The notes below the pieces were generated by a model. That model did not search any database, was not told where the DNA came from, and worked only from the letters and a program-made list of their open reading frames with translations. From Kudoa neothunni (Eukaryota > Animalia > Cnidaria), in the NCBI GenBank assembly GCA_964304625.1, contig OZ199839.1, positions 4,748,559-4,812,558 on the forward strand: DNA of 64,000 nucleotides, read 5' to 3'. The position numbers and the translations under genes were made by a program. How positions within the stretch are numbered: the stretch's first letter is position 1; every line of letters begins with the position of its first letter. Shown in pieces: positions 1 to 14,028 of the stretch.

Positions 1-3000
1 AAGTTGATATGATAAAAGTTACAATAACGTTTGAAATATTTTGATTTTCTCGCATCGACAGTATTAAGTTTATCCATAATATTTCTGGAGTGTAATCTAG
101 GATCCCAGCTTCCGTTGGCCCCAATACTTTTTTCCAACTCAGCAACAGTTGTATAAGCTGGAGTGAAAAACGTATCCCTTATGGTTTTAAATATAAAGTC
201 AGGTATGAGGACAATTAAAACGATAGGTAACATGAGCCAGAATAATGGCGTTCTATATAGAATTATATCCACACCCATCAAGAGACTTTCAAATCTTCTT
301 GCAACAGCTACTCTTGAATAAATACTCAAAAACAAGATCCAACCAATGAAGCCTGTCCAAATCACCACATGAGTTAGCCATGTCCACGAGGTCATTTCAA
401 GGGTAGCCTTTAGATTCACCAGCAACAGAACAAATGTCACCAGTGTAACACCGAACATGCTTCTACTTATTGGCATACCGGTTGGGTTCACAACGCCCGC
501 AGATAGACACTGGTGAACAATAAAATACAGGGTAGCAGCATGTAGAAACCCAACGGAGATCCAAAGAATAAGTCTCTTGACTGAAAATATGTATCCTTTT
601 TGACTGGCTTCATAAAGGCGTGGAATATTAACGAATGCTTTCGAAGAGACAGGCTGATCTATCAATCCAAATGCAAATGGTGGCAGAGATGTAAGCGCCT
701 AAAATATTATAAATGATATCTAATGTTGTATTTCATTAGATAGATACAAGGTTGAATAGACCGATAGCTGCAACTGGAAAAACCGCGGTAGCGGAAAACA
801 TATTGAATTTACTGTAGAACATCTAAGAGATAAAAAATCTATTTAGACAATTTTAGTGTAATTACTGTGATCAGACTAACAATAATATTTTTGTAATAAC
901 TATAATAGGTGGCATTACATAGACGACGATAACTCAATGCGCCATGATAAAGTATGAGATGTCGTAGATATGAAAACTGGGTTATGGTAAAGTCGGAACA
1001 ATTTGCAGCTTGCATGCCCTCATTACCACTAATACCTACTCCAACGTTGGCCGCTTGAATCATACCGCAGTCATTTCCACCATCTCCTATAGCCAAGGTG
1101 ACTACGTCATTCACATTCCTCTGTATCAGTAGAACCGTTTTCTGTTTTTGAAGAGGTGAAACTCTAACATTAAAATGTTTATTAGGAAAATAATCCAAGT
1201 TGAGCCAAAAGTAAATACCGACAACATAGGACGGAACAACAAACCATTGTTATATCTATGAAATAATCGATACATCTCGCATCGAAAAGATGGTTAAGAG
1301 TCTTAGAGGGAATGAAAACAATTAAATAATCATCAAATAATCAAATTACCGAACCTGGAATAACTAAAGCTAGATCCTAGATTTATTTAATAACGCTGTG
1401 TAAATTTCAGATAAAAATTACCATTGTTTTTTTGGGGTTTATACGTTTACCATTGGAACTTTTGTGGACTTTAATATCTTTTTTAAGAATAATGCTTCGA
1501 AGCATATCTAGGCATTCCTCAAGTGTTTCGCTATTTATAATTTGCACATCTGTTGATTGTTTAAGAAGATTTGTAGAATAGCCTAATAATGATTGATGTG
1601 TTTCAGGAAATAGACTTTGAATCATTGGGAAAGGTGCAATAAAAATTACCGATATTAATGGCGGTTTCTATCCTGTCTCCTGTTAGCATCCATATTCTAA
1701 TGTTAGCACTTATTAGCGTGTGGATGGTAGATGGAACGTTATCTTGTAGCTCATCGAGAATAGCAGTAGCACCCATCAATGTTAAATCTTTTTCTATCTC
1801 GTTATAAACTGACATAAGTTTTTCTTCGCGATTTTCCATTGTTGTTGATGCTTCATTGTATTTGATACGCCATTCTTCATATTTTGCCAGACTAATTTCC
1901 TTGAAGGCAATGCAGAGTGTTCGTAAACCTACCAGGAAAAGGTAAATTTTTAGGGTATCTAATAATAAATACCATTTTTTGCGAATTGTTCAAGATGTTC
2001 GTAGGTACTGCCTTCGCAAGTTTGAAAACGGAGATTGAGTAGTTTGAAAATTACAGAATCCTGTTTAAGATTGATATTTTTATTAACCTCACAATTTAAT
2101 GAAGAAGATATACAGCGCCTTTACACAAAACAAAAATTCGGCCATCGGAAAATTTGACTATGACCGACATTCTTTTTCTTTCGCTAGTAAATTCAAGGCT
2201 GTTGAGAATGTAACATTTTTCTTCCACACCGAACTGATATTTACAATGAATCAAACATAGTTCAAATACTAAAAACTAACCTTGGAAAATGTTACAGAAT
2301 CAGGAGTCCGTTTAATAAATTCATAACCACATTTGTAAGCTCCGGAAACTAACGCTACTTCGTCTGGAGAAGTGGATTGAAACGGCAATGCTTCCAAGTC
2401 ATCACTAATGGGGGATGATCGATCTACATTTTCTGAGCAACCCGGACGTATTTTGGTGCTCAAAGGGGTGACGGTGTTGCATAATAACAAATGCTCCAGA
2501 AATCTCTTTACTTCAGGAAGCTTAGAAAAAGTCATAAGTCATAAAAACTTCAAAAGTGAACTACCTCTGAATTTTGTTTTATTTCATCCCAGTAATTTCC
2601 AGATGAGCCATAAATAGTACCATTGATTGAAACCGAGTGCAATTTCATCACATTTTTTGTCAATGTTCCAGTTTTGTCGGAGAAAATATAGTTTATCTAC
2701 GAAGAGAAAATGTTACAGAATTTTATCGCGATGATAGTGATTTTTGTGACCTGGCCGAGGTCTTCAATGATGGATGATGTTTTAACTGATGCATAAGTAT
2801 TTTTGTTAAGATCGTACATACTTTTGTCCTATATTGGATATTTGATAATAGTTGAGCGAAGGTAAGCAGTATATCTTAATAATACATAGTTTATGAAGAA
2901 TGCCTGGAAGAATTTGATAAATTCGATTGTAACGCTGAGACTGATAGGAATAATGAAGTTGTATGATATAAGGAATGTCATTAATGTGAGATGGAATGTG

Positions 3001-4854
3001 ATTCCAGTGTATTCTTATATATGGAATAAAATTTGAAAATTCAATCAATTAGGAAATTACTATAGTTTGATAGATACCAATGATATTTCATTTTGGGACG
3101 ATAATATAGCTCATGAATTAATGTAGAAATCACCGTTAACGCGGTTATAAGTAAAACCAATATGACCATAAATATATTAATTTTTCTATCCATTTTTGAT
3201 TTTTTAATTGGTGCCGAAGTTGAATTCATCATTAATTTTGTTTCGTGGCCAGTGTACACAGCACAACCTACAATCCATTCGGTGTTTTTTAAACATGAGC
3301 CCCTCAGAATGACGTTTTCCTCATTTATCGCCATCTTTCTACATAAGCATCCAAAATAAAACTTTAATTAAAGTTAACAAAGAGAGAAATGTGTACTCTT
3401 CGTCTTCCATTGATATATTTCCGACAAACTTATATAACTCGTTGTTCGGTGCCTCACAATTAATGATCCCTTCGGGTTGGTTCATTATCATCATTTCAGG
3501 TTCCAAATTCTTATTCATATTAACAATCTAAAAAACCTTTAATTATCTGCACCAATTAGATATTAGATGCAATCAAAAAATTTTTGTTAGATTTACCATT
3601 TTGGTTTTATGATTAGTTTCACCATCTAAATTTGCTGTCTCAATGTAGCATATATTGTCGGCATCACTAAAACAAATCCCAATTATTACTTTCAAGTTCA
3701 AGGAGGGGATTTTGATTAGTTAGAAAAGAACTAACATATTCTATTTAAAATTTTAGTTGGAAAAATATTCAATTAAATATTAAAAAATTAAGATACTTAA
3801 GAAAAAATAATCCCCAGTTATAATGTTAATGTTCATGTTCATGTTACAATACACACCTTGTTGATAGTAGAACAATGTCGGCAGGAATCATTTCTTCATT
3901 ATTAACCAAAATAAGATTCCCAACTTCAATCTTTCCCCAGCGTGTTTCTGCCCAATTTTCATTGAGTACTTAAGTAAAACTTTATAAGCTAGCAAAGTCA
4001 GACTTGACAACTTTTAGTTTTGGTGCTGTTTATTTTTCGATCACATAAATGACGCCTCTAAATAAAGTAAAAATTCATATAAATCAAATAAAAATCTCAT
4101 TAGTGTAAGAAACTTGAATAATATAATCTATTTAGATATAAATTAAACAAATAATAAACGGGTATTTAGACAAATTATTTTAACATTTCTCATGGTTAAA
4201 TATAATTTAACAAATAAAAATTCCATTAATGAACCCATTTAAATTAAAATTAAAAACGAGATTACAATGTCTTCGAATATTTCTTTGGCAGCAGAAATTG
4301 TGAGAATTATAATAAGTGGAATTAGTGTGGGATATCGTCCGACTGGAGAAGCACCAGGTATTTGCTTAAAAAGTACTAGAATATTATCAAATAAGAGATA
4401 GCTACTTGTAAGATGACAATCACTAAGAAGAACATGTTCGAAACCTTTGAAAATTGTTCAAAAATAAATTTTGGAAAAAACACTAATGGATTATATTTGG
4501 TGGTACTAAATGCATTATCATTTTTGGTTTAAAAAGTGTAGTTTTTTTTCAAAAGTTTTTAAAAATTATCACAATATTTAGAATAAACTACAAATCTTAC
4601 AAGTGAGCGATAGTTTAATTTAAACAAATTAATAAAAGATTCTTTAAAACGTTGTTTTTAAGTAAAATCGCCCATAAAAATGCAATGAGAAATCATGAAC
4701 TCAACAAAATCATCAATGTTTACCTGACGCTGTTATCACAAAACCCTTTGGCACATTTGTACCCAATGTTAAAGGTTCGATCATTTTTACTGTTTGCGAT
4801 GTAACCGATTTTGAAGAGTTTTTCCACAAACTTTATGACTTTATTTTCAGCCAT
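1..4854 (-). CDS. P4-ATPase phospholipid flippase (ATP8A/Drs2-like), copy A; multi-exon, 3' end runs off the window
   Basis: Spliced motifs: MAENK...[125 protein letters not shown]. Short GT-AG introns. ATG at 4854. Confidence 0.95.
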
Positions 4855-5010
4855 TGGATTACAGTCTATTGAAGAGTAACTTTTAGACGATAATTTAACG
4901 TTACATTAATGAATGTGGAAATAGATAGAAATGTGTTATTAAAAGAAGAAACGATTGTTAGAAGAACCAATTACCATAAAAGGAATTATTGTATTAGATA
5001 AGATTAATTT

Positions 5011-5020
5011 ATCGGGTTAC
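5011..5020 (-). promoter_or_regulatory. Candidate promoter element (ATCGGGTTAC on + strand) upstream of flippase copy A
   Basis: The identical 10-mer lies ~157 nt upstream of the copy A ATG and ~178 nt upstream of the copy B ATG, in the same orientation. Confidence 0.35.
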
Positions 5021-5854
5021 CTGATAAATATACATTATTCACTCAGAAAACATGCGAATTAATAGACACAATTTTTTATTCCAGAGATTAGTTTAAATTA
5101 CAATTCACTAAAAATGATAGAGATATAATAGGATCAATATCTCACAACTTAAACAATTAAACAAAAATATTATAAAGCTTTTTATTGTGGTGTGTGACAA
5201 TTATCATACCATCAAGATAGTTCAACAATTTACAATAAATATTAGAATAAATATTACTAACGGATATATATTCAAATATATTAATATACGAAAATTTTCA
5301 TAGTTGTGATATTCAGTTACGAATTAGCTACATTTAATCATCAGTTACTCGCATTTTTTAACGATCCTTTACAATAATAATATTAAATTCATTGGATCGA
5401 CTTTGATTAAAAATGAACGCCATTTTCCTAGCACAAACAAACGCCAATATATTTGATTTACTTCGCTGTCTAATTGGCTGACTTTACTATGCACTCTGTT
5501 ACTGGTCTCACAGTAACAAGTTTTATTACTTTGTATATGAGTAATCTGATTAACGATTGATATTCATTTACTGATTGGATTATCCTCTCTAATTTGTATC
5601 AGTCTAAATGAATCGAAAATCGTTACCAAGAATTTTTGTTAAAAAGTTGAATTATTTATTCACCTTTACTGTGGAAACAAATCGGCCGATTTAAGCCGTT
5701 ATTTTATGAGAACTTCGTTCCCATGAAATCAATTTTAGCCGATTGATTCGACTATCAAGATTATGACTATTGCATGATTATACCTAATTTTGTTAGTAAC
5801 CGTAAAAACTGAGATAATCAATCATTTTACAATTAGATCAATTACAACATTTTA

Positions 5855-8077
5855 TTAAACGCTTATAAGTAATAAAACAATAATGCCCACTACCAATGAG
5901 AAATCACTGCATATCGATGTCGTATTAGTTCGTGAAAATAGTGTAAATAATTTTGGAGGATTGAGACTGAATATCTCGCTAACGCGATAAAATATGTCAT
6001 TAACTAATTTATCTTTGGAAATCATATTATTTTACATAATTTTAAGTGCTTAAAGTATGCCTATCGTCCAAGGCGATTTTTTCCAATGCATTTTGGATTA
6101 CGTACCGCAAATAATCTTAACGATTAAATCAGTATTTATTTGAAAACATTCCTGTTACTAATTAACGAATAACTATGCTTTTTGTTAATTATGACAAAAT
6201 ATGAGGCGAGACTAAGGGGTGTTAACACCCAATTTCAATTAAAACATGCCAAAAATTGATATGATTGGATTATTAACAGTCATTGTGATTTTTATCAAAA
6301 AGATCAACAACCCATTCAAAGTTATCTTCATGTAGGAGACTGTTGATTGATTTAGTAATCGATAACAGGATTTTTCGAATTGATGCTTGCGAAATGAGAC
6401 GTAAACCTCTTCTATTCTTTAGCATCGTTTTGGCCATTAATACTTTATAAGTTCCAAATGGTTTAAGATGAGGCTCAACTCTCAGAGTTTCTATCGGTTT
6501 GCCGTTTTTCCAACCACAAATTTTGTTTTTATCAAGTATTGCATTTATTGTCAGCATAAGTAGAAATGATGAGGAGTTTCCATTGACAACACCAAATTTG
6601 CTGTTGCTATGAGTTCTTAATTCAAGGCGGCCATTTTTATCTATTATAAATTGATTTTTTATTGCAACAATCGTGTTTTTCAGAAAAAATGTTGAATTCT
6701 GGATGTTTATATTGGATATATTGTGAATATTCTTTAAAATTGCATATATTAATGTTTAATTTCGGTAAGCAGATGATACCTTTTTGAACATAACAAATTC
6801 ACCCTTGTAAATTTTTAAATCTGCACCAATCACAAACCATTCTCCTTCGTAGTGGTTATTGGTCATTTCCTCACCAACATAATTCACAATCGCTTTAATA
6901 TTGTTATAAATTTTCTGGAAATGGATAGAATTCCCTAATAAATTTTTAAAATTTTAGATTCCAAACGCATACAATTCTTTTGGAACAGCACAAATACCTT
7001 TTAACATTCCAACTATGGAAAATTCACCATCAACATCTTTGCCACATCCAAAAAATTCCATTTGGATATTAACCGTCTCAATGTTTAGTTGAAAATAGAT
7101 AGTGGTATTTTTATCGACAAAGCTACCAAACCATTCCCCCAACAACTGTAAAACATTGATTTGTTGATAATTTTTAACCAAATTACAGTGTGCTTGGAGG
7201 ACTTAAGAGGCGTGGAGGGATAAATAACCTTAAGACCACTGCTGTGGCTTGTTGACTCAGATATCTCTATCAATACTGTGTACAATCTATCAAAAATAAC
7301 ATTGCTGGCTATTAATATTTTGTTTACCTGCAGTTGGAACAATTTTTTGTTCGCTGAAGTGTACAACAAATTCGATAATTTTGATAATTCCAATCAGACT
7401 CATATCTAAACTGCATTCGTTGATACGGTTCAAAATAGTAGATTCGCAACGGTTCACTCTCGGTATTCAACTCTTTTGCTACTCCAACTTTGTTGTACAC
7501 ACTATATATTATTAATTTTGTGTTTTCATTAGCAACCGTTTGCTTTACCGTTCACATAATTTGGTCAATAAATCTTCATCAATGTAATTGATCATTTTTT
7601 CCCAACACCAAAGGTAAGTGAATGTGATGCTAGTTTGGGCATTGTCATTATCCTAGAAGATTATTTATATATTTATATGCTTAAGGACATTAATTTTCAT
7701 CAAGACAAACCTACTTTATTAGAATGCCATCGTCGAATAGAAGCTTTATCAACTATGGCGTCGCTTTCAGAGCCATTTATAATTGTCGATTTGCCTTTTT
7801 ATGATTATATTAAATAATTTAAAAACAATCTACCATATAACTGAATTATTTCAGTCCAGCCATTATGTTTATTGTTGATTCTATCTAGTTTTTGGTGCTT
7901 CTAACAAGATATAAGGATCAGATAGTAGTTAGATGGCAACGAATTTACTTTATTGGGGTTGATAAGCGTTATACTCTTGTCAGTATTTTGCCCCACATCA
8001 AAAATAATTAAAACTAAAGAGTAGATCCAGGCCAAACAAAATATCGTCTTTACAACATTGTTAAAATACAGTTTCAT
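5855..8077 (-). CDS. Orphan multi-exon gene, probable secreted or GPI-anchored glycoprotein (~500 aa)
   Basis: ATG at 8077 gives MKLYFNNVVKTIFCLAWIYSLVLIIFDVGQN (signal/TM-like). About nine exons join in frame through 40-60 nt GT-AG introns down to the 6273-6734 exon. A further exon ends DFSLVVGIIVLLLISV* at 5855, with the stop overlapping AATAAA. The 3' splicing is tentative and needs one GC-AG intron. Confidence 0.65.
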
Positions 8078-8834
8078 AGTTCAGAACTCGAGGTGTTAAA
8101 TATTAGCATCTTTGAATACACACGATGTTGCAACCCACGTCACCATCATTAACAACACAAATGAACCAATTGGTGTCTTTTGGATTAAATTTTTAATGTC
8201 TATTATAATGATTAAAAATATCTCGATTTATTCCATAACTTGCTTTCACGAATATCTATCTGCCAATGAGAAACGACAAAACCTTTAAAAGTGTATTTTT
8301 TATCAAAAAACAGTTTTTTGTAATGACAAATATGAAACTGGTGTGAGGGTATCCATATTTTAGGGTCGAATCATCTAATCAATTAATGTTTAAATTAAAT
8401 AATAAATTTATTTTTCCCAAAAACACATTCTTGAAAGAAAGGAACACGATAATGCTTGTAAATATTACGCGAAACTTCCAGCATCGAATTATATTGGAAC
8501 AAACTTGAGTGTTTCGTATTTTTCTCAAAATTTCACGGTAAAACTCTTCAAAAATTATCTATGAAATTTTAGTAGACTTAGGGTAAATTTTAAAATTAAA
8601 ACTAGAATTTTTTAGTGCGCTCAAGAAATGTAATTTGAATTAAGATTTTCCTACTCTTTAGGAGGTAAAAAACAGATCGCTAATGGCCCCCTACAAAAAA
8701 GGTAGAAGCTTACTCAATATGAGCCTAATGGATGCAATATTGCAGAGAGAACAGAAAATTTTATAGTTAATTTATTCAGATGCAAGAAACACTATCTTAC
8801 GTACATCAACCAAGTTAAATGCTAAAAAGTCTAT

Positions 8835-11800
8835 CTACTTACTCTTTGAACCACCAATTTTCGGTAAATAGTTCAATATTTTCTATACAGGTTTATTTAG
8901 AAATACTTCAAATAACAAAATACTACCCCAGAAGAGAATTCTTCCTGAATAGAAAAGGCGAATCCCACTACAAGTACAGGTAAACAAAATTATTAATGGA
9001 GAAAATACAATATTTTTTGACTATTTTCTCCTTTCTGGTTTCGGCAAAATGTAATTTTTCGGAGGCTTTGGACAGATATCTTTTTTCATCCCAGTCCACG
9101 GTTCGACCACGTTCCAATTCTGCAATTGCGATATGAGCAGGTTTAAATAACGCGTTTCTTATTGCTATGTACAAAAAATCTGGAATGACAGTGATAAAAG
9201 AGATAGGAATGGTGAGATAGAACAGCGCCGAGGAGTACAATATAGCATCTGCTCCAGACATAATAGGCTCGAAAACCGCTGCCACTGCAGGACGACAGTA
9301 AACCGACAAGAAGCCGACCCACATAATTAAACCAGACGCCACACCCAGCAAGGTCATCCACGTCCAAGACGTCAATTCCAAAGCGGCTCGTAAAGTTATC
9401 ACCACCAGCACATTTGTAAACAAAATAATTCCATACAATGATCTAGTGATTGGTAGGCCAGAAGGGTTGAAAACACCCATCGAAAAGGAATTATAAAGCA
9501 GAAAAAATAGTGATGCAGCGTGAAGATAACCGGCCAAAATCCAAAAGATCAGTTTTCTCATTGTAAAAATATATCCTTTTTGACTGGTGGCATATAGACG
9601 TGGTATATTTACAAAAGCTTTCGACGATACAGGCTGGTCTAGCAGGCCAAATGCAAAAGGTGGAAGTGACGTGAAACACTAAAAAAACATAAACGTATAT
9701 TGGATTCAATTGGTGAAAGACGTGGGTTGGTTGATGTAAGAAATACGAAATACCGTGTTAAAAAGGATAGAAGCAGCAGGTGAGAAGAGCAATGTAGCAG
9801 AAAACTTATCGTAAAAACTATAGAACAACTAAAAATTAATCATGATTCTCAACTGCAACCGACAACTGTAATTTTTTATAAAAATATACGGAAATTTGAC
9901 TAAAAACGATGTTTTTATAGTAGCAAAAATAAATTGTTGTGCATAGACGACGATAACTCAAAGCACCGTGATACAACATCAAACGTCTAAGATGGGAGAA
10001 TTGAGTGATGACAAAATCAGAACAGTTTGCCGCTTGCATTCCTTCGTTTCCACTAATACCAACCCCCACATTGGCTGCTTGTATCATACTGCAATCATTT
10101 CCACCGTCGCCGATCGCAAGTGTGACAATATTGTTAACATTTCTTTTGATCATGAGAACAACTTGTTGTTTTTGTAGTGGAGATACACTATTGGTAGGTG
10201 GTTATGATAGAAAAAATTGGCTGGGAAATAGTAACTTACCGGCAACATATGACAGCTGAACAACTGACAGAAACATCAATAAACAACTCAACACATGATG
10301 GCTCAAACAGAAGACTTAGGGTCTAAATGTGCGATGCAAAACACTAATTAATAATTGTATAGATATTCCCTAAATACCGATCCAGGTATAACCAATGCAA
10401 AGTCCTACATGTAGACATTCAACTGTGGCACAAAAACGACGGAAAAAGTTTACTAATGATTTTGTTGGATTGATTCGCTTGCCGTTAGTAGCCTTCCTTA
10501 CATTGATAATTTTTTCTTCAATGATATCTTCAAGGGCGCGTTTACATTCTGACACGGAGTTACAGTTTAAAACTTTGACATCGGTCGTATCCTTAAGTAA
10601 GTTTGTAGAATATCCTATTTTGTTGTAATTTTGATATTGAGGAAGGAGGTAAAATTGAAAACAAACCTATATTTATTGCGGTTTCAGTACGATCCCCAGT
10701 TAACATCCATATTCGAATATTGGCATCACTCAGGGTGTGAATGGTTGCCGGAACATCGTTTTGTAACTCATCGAGAATGGCTGTTGCACCCATAAGTTTC
10801 AAATCTTTTTCAATTAGATCATAAACTGTTGATAATTGTTCCGCGCGATCCTCCATTAGTGTCGATGCAATGAAATGACGCTTAGACCAGTCTTCGTATT
10901 CAAGTTCATCAATCATTCTATATGCAATACACAGTGTACGTAATCCTAGATAAAACAGCGTTATTAGACTATCTCTGGTAGCTGGCGGCTAATGGTACCA
11001 ATTTTTGCAAAATCTTCCAAGTGACTATAGGTAAGACCTTCACAGGTCTGAAAATTTTTGTCCAACAAATTAAAAATAACAGAGTCCTAAGAAATTTAAA
11101 AAAAAGAAACCATTCATGAGAAAATAATCCAATTTACTGCGCCTTTGCAAAGCAGATATATTTTCCCTTTGGGACTTTTCACAATGACAGACATTCTTTT
11201 ACGTTCACTGGTAAACTCAAGACTATTTAATGTAGCCCAAGTTTCTTCGACACCAAACTAAATCAATTTCAATTGTTTCACACAACAGAAAAGATTATCC
11301 ATCTGGAGAATTGAGGCATACTCTAGAAAATGTCACCGAATCTTGAGTTCTCGAAATAAACTCATAGCCACAAGCGTAGGCTCCCATAACCAAGGAGGTT
11401 TCGTCAGGCGAAGTGGATTGTAGGTTGAGTTTAGGTACAGAGTCATCATAAACACCGTCACAGCTTGTTTTAGATGATTTGCAGAAATCAGCTTTAACTG
11501 GAACCACCGTATTGCAAAGTACAAGATGTTCAAAAAATAGTTTCACTTCTTCAACCTGGTTATTATCGAAATCCTTAATATTCACACACAAAACCCAACA
11601 AATAGTCACATCTGCATCTCTTTTTAACTCGTCAATACCACAATTATCCATGTCATATATTTTTCCGTTGATTGATAGCGAATTAAGTTTCATTACATTT
11701 TTTGTTAGAGTCCCAGTTTTATCCGAGAATATATAATTTATCTAATCGATTCCAACTTAGCTAGGCATTTATTATTGATATGTATACTTGACCAAGATCT

Positions 11801-13851
11801 TCAATAATTGATGAAGTTTTCACCGAAGCATATGTATTCTTTTGTCGGTCATACATTTTTTTATCCTAAACATCATCTATCAAGCACAAAACCAAACTAC
11901 ATCCAATTACGCAGTTGATAAAATAGGCTTGAAAAAATTTAACAAACTCTATAGTGACACTGAGACTGATGGGAATTATCAGGTGGAATGCAATCAGATA
12001 GGTCAAAAATGACCAATAAAAGGTGTAATTGGAGACATCTGTTAACAACGCTAATACAGCTGAACTATAAATACAACCGGCTTACTTGAATAGAATAGAT
12101 ACCAATGGTTTTTAGATTGTATGTTAAATACAAAATAATGGGACACCGTGGTTATTAATGTGAGCGACAGTAAAATACTAATCAAAACAAGCATATAATA
12201 GTTAGTCATCACTTCCATTTTGGATTTTTTGATAGGGGCAACAGAGGAATTCATCATGAGTTTGGTTTCACTACCAGAGTACACAATGCATCCAATAATC
12301 CATTCAGTATTTTTTAAAACACAACCGCGGAACGCAGTATTATCACCATTCAGTGGCATTTCACTAAAGATTCACCTCAGTTTTGTACATTCGAGAAATA
12401 ACAAGCTACCGGTTAGACCCAACCCTTATTTTTCCATTAAAAGAATACAGCTTGTTGTTAGGTAAATCACAACTGATTGTGGCTCGAAGTGATTTTAATT
12501 TTTCACAGCTGTTCATTTCCGAGGTTGATTGAACAGCCTATTTTCTTCGTAAAATCTATTCCAATTTCAGATGAATAACCTGTCGAATTTTGTAATTGGC
12601 TTCGCCATCCAAGTTAGCAGTTTCAATGTAACATATTCCTTGACTTTCACTATAAAAAAATATTATCATTAAATGTAGTTTTGTTACAAATATTTGGATT
12701 AGTATATTTTCAACAATAAAACTTAATTGAGATTTAGATAAAGAGATTATGCTTCGAATACGTATTTTATTAAGGCAATGAAGACGTAAAACTTAGTTCA
12801 AACAAATTATTGTTGGCAGAGACATCAATAATAATTATAAAGAGTTTGTTAAATATAGAGAATAGTCAATACAAATAAATAACTTTAAAAATCTTGTTAG
12901 ATTAATCTGCTTGCATAATAAGTAAATAACACATTTTAATCGAAATATTATTCCCCCCAGTTACCACGGAGTAGAAACTTTTTATGTAAACACAAAAACC
13001 TCCCTGAAGCAACGGAAATAATACCCATTTCTTAATATCGCTTAAGACCAATCTAAAGCTTGTTAAAATACAGGAATATATTAAAATTTAATTTATGAAT
13101 ATGTAAAGAAACTCTAGGGTGAATTAAATTACCTAGTAGAAATGAGGACAAGATCTGCAGGAACCATTTCTTCATTCTTCACCATAACGATATCTCCAAC
13201 ATGTAGTTGTTGGCAATTGACCGATGTCCATGTATCCCTTAGAACTTAAAAAAAGATGTAAGTTCATCCCCTAAAAATTCAGTTACCAAGGCATTTAGTT
13301 GTATTGGTTTTTCGATCGAATCTTCTTCGTTTCTAGGCAAATTAAAAAAAAATTGCTGCAAAAGAAAATACCACATCTTCAATGATTTCTTTACAAGCCG
13401 ATACAGAAAATACAAAAAGTAAAGGTGCAATTGTGCTGTAGCGACCAACTGGTGAAATTCCAGGAATTTGCTAAAGAACAGTAAAATTTATTATTGATTA
13501 AGGATAAAAAAGGTTTGAATTACTTGGATAAGCGCCAACGTCAGGAAGAACACGTTGGAAACTTTGGTGAACTGTTCAAAGAGAAATTTTGGTAAAAATG
13601 TAAAAAAGTTATATTTCGTTGTGCTATTTTGATTGAAAAAAGATTATTATTGTGCGTGTAATCAAGCGAAACATTTACCTTATACCATTGGAGCAAAATT
13701 TTGATTTATCGGTATCATTTACTATTATTTGTCTGAATTGCTCATTTGTGCTGGGAACTCCATGAATAATATTGCTCGCTTGTCTCAAATGGCGTATGAC
13801 GACAGATGAAATTGTCCTTTGATTTTTTACGTTTCCTGGATTATCACTCAT
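8835..13851 (-). CDS. P4-ATPase phospholipid flippase (ATP8A/Drs2-like), copy B; multi-exon
   Basis: MSDNPG...[91 protein letters not shown] and a C-terminal GFAFS autoinhibitory motif (~8950-8965). Intron positions largely match copy A. The last exon and stop are approximate. Confidence 0.95.
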
Positions 13852-14028
13852 TGTACTCTTCCGCAACTCATCCGCTAATGAAAAATATCACTCCTGGGAC
13901 ACACTTTAATCTTTAAGAATGAATGATTCAAAGTCACAGAGCAGTCAAATTGAAACAATACTTTATGTAGCACGATTAACAGTTTAATAATTCACTCGGA
14001 TCAAAAAGTGCTAATAATAAATCGATCA

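Noticed and set aside
2408-12465. Plus-strand ORFs overlapping the flippases (e.g. 2408-2617, 3162-3359, 9968-10259, 11479-11736, 12220-12465)
   Set aside because: Antisense shadows of coding exons with no recognisable motifs.
839-13866. Many short ORFs read as separate genes or pseudogenes, or as evidence of stop-codon reassignment
   Set aside because: They are exons of P4-ATPases joined by canonical short introns; in the exons I translated, stops fall only in introns.
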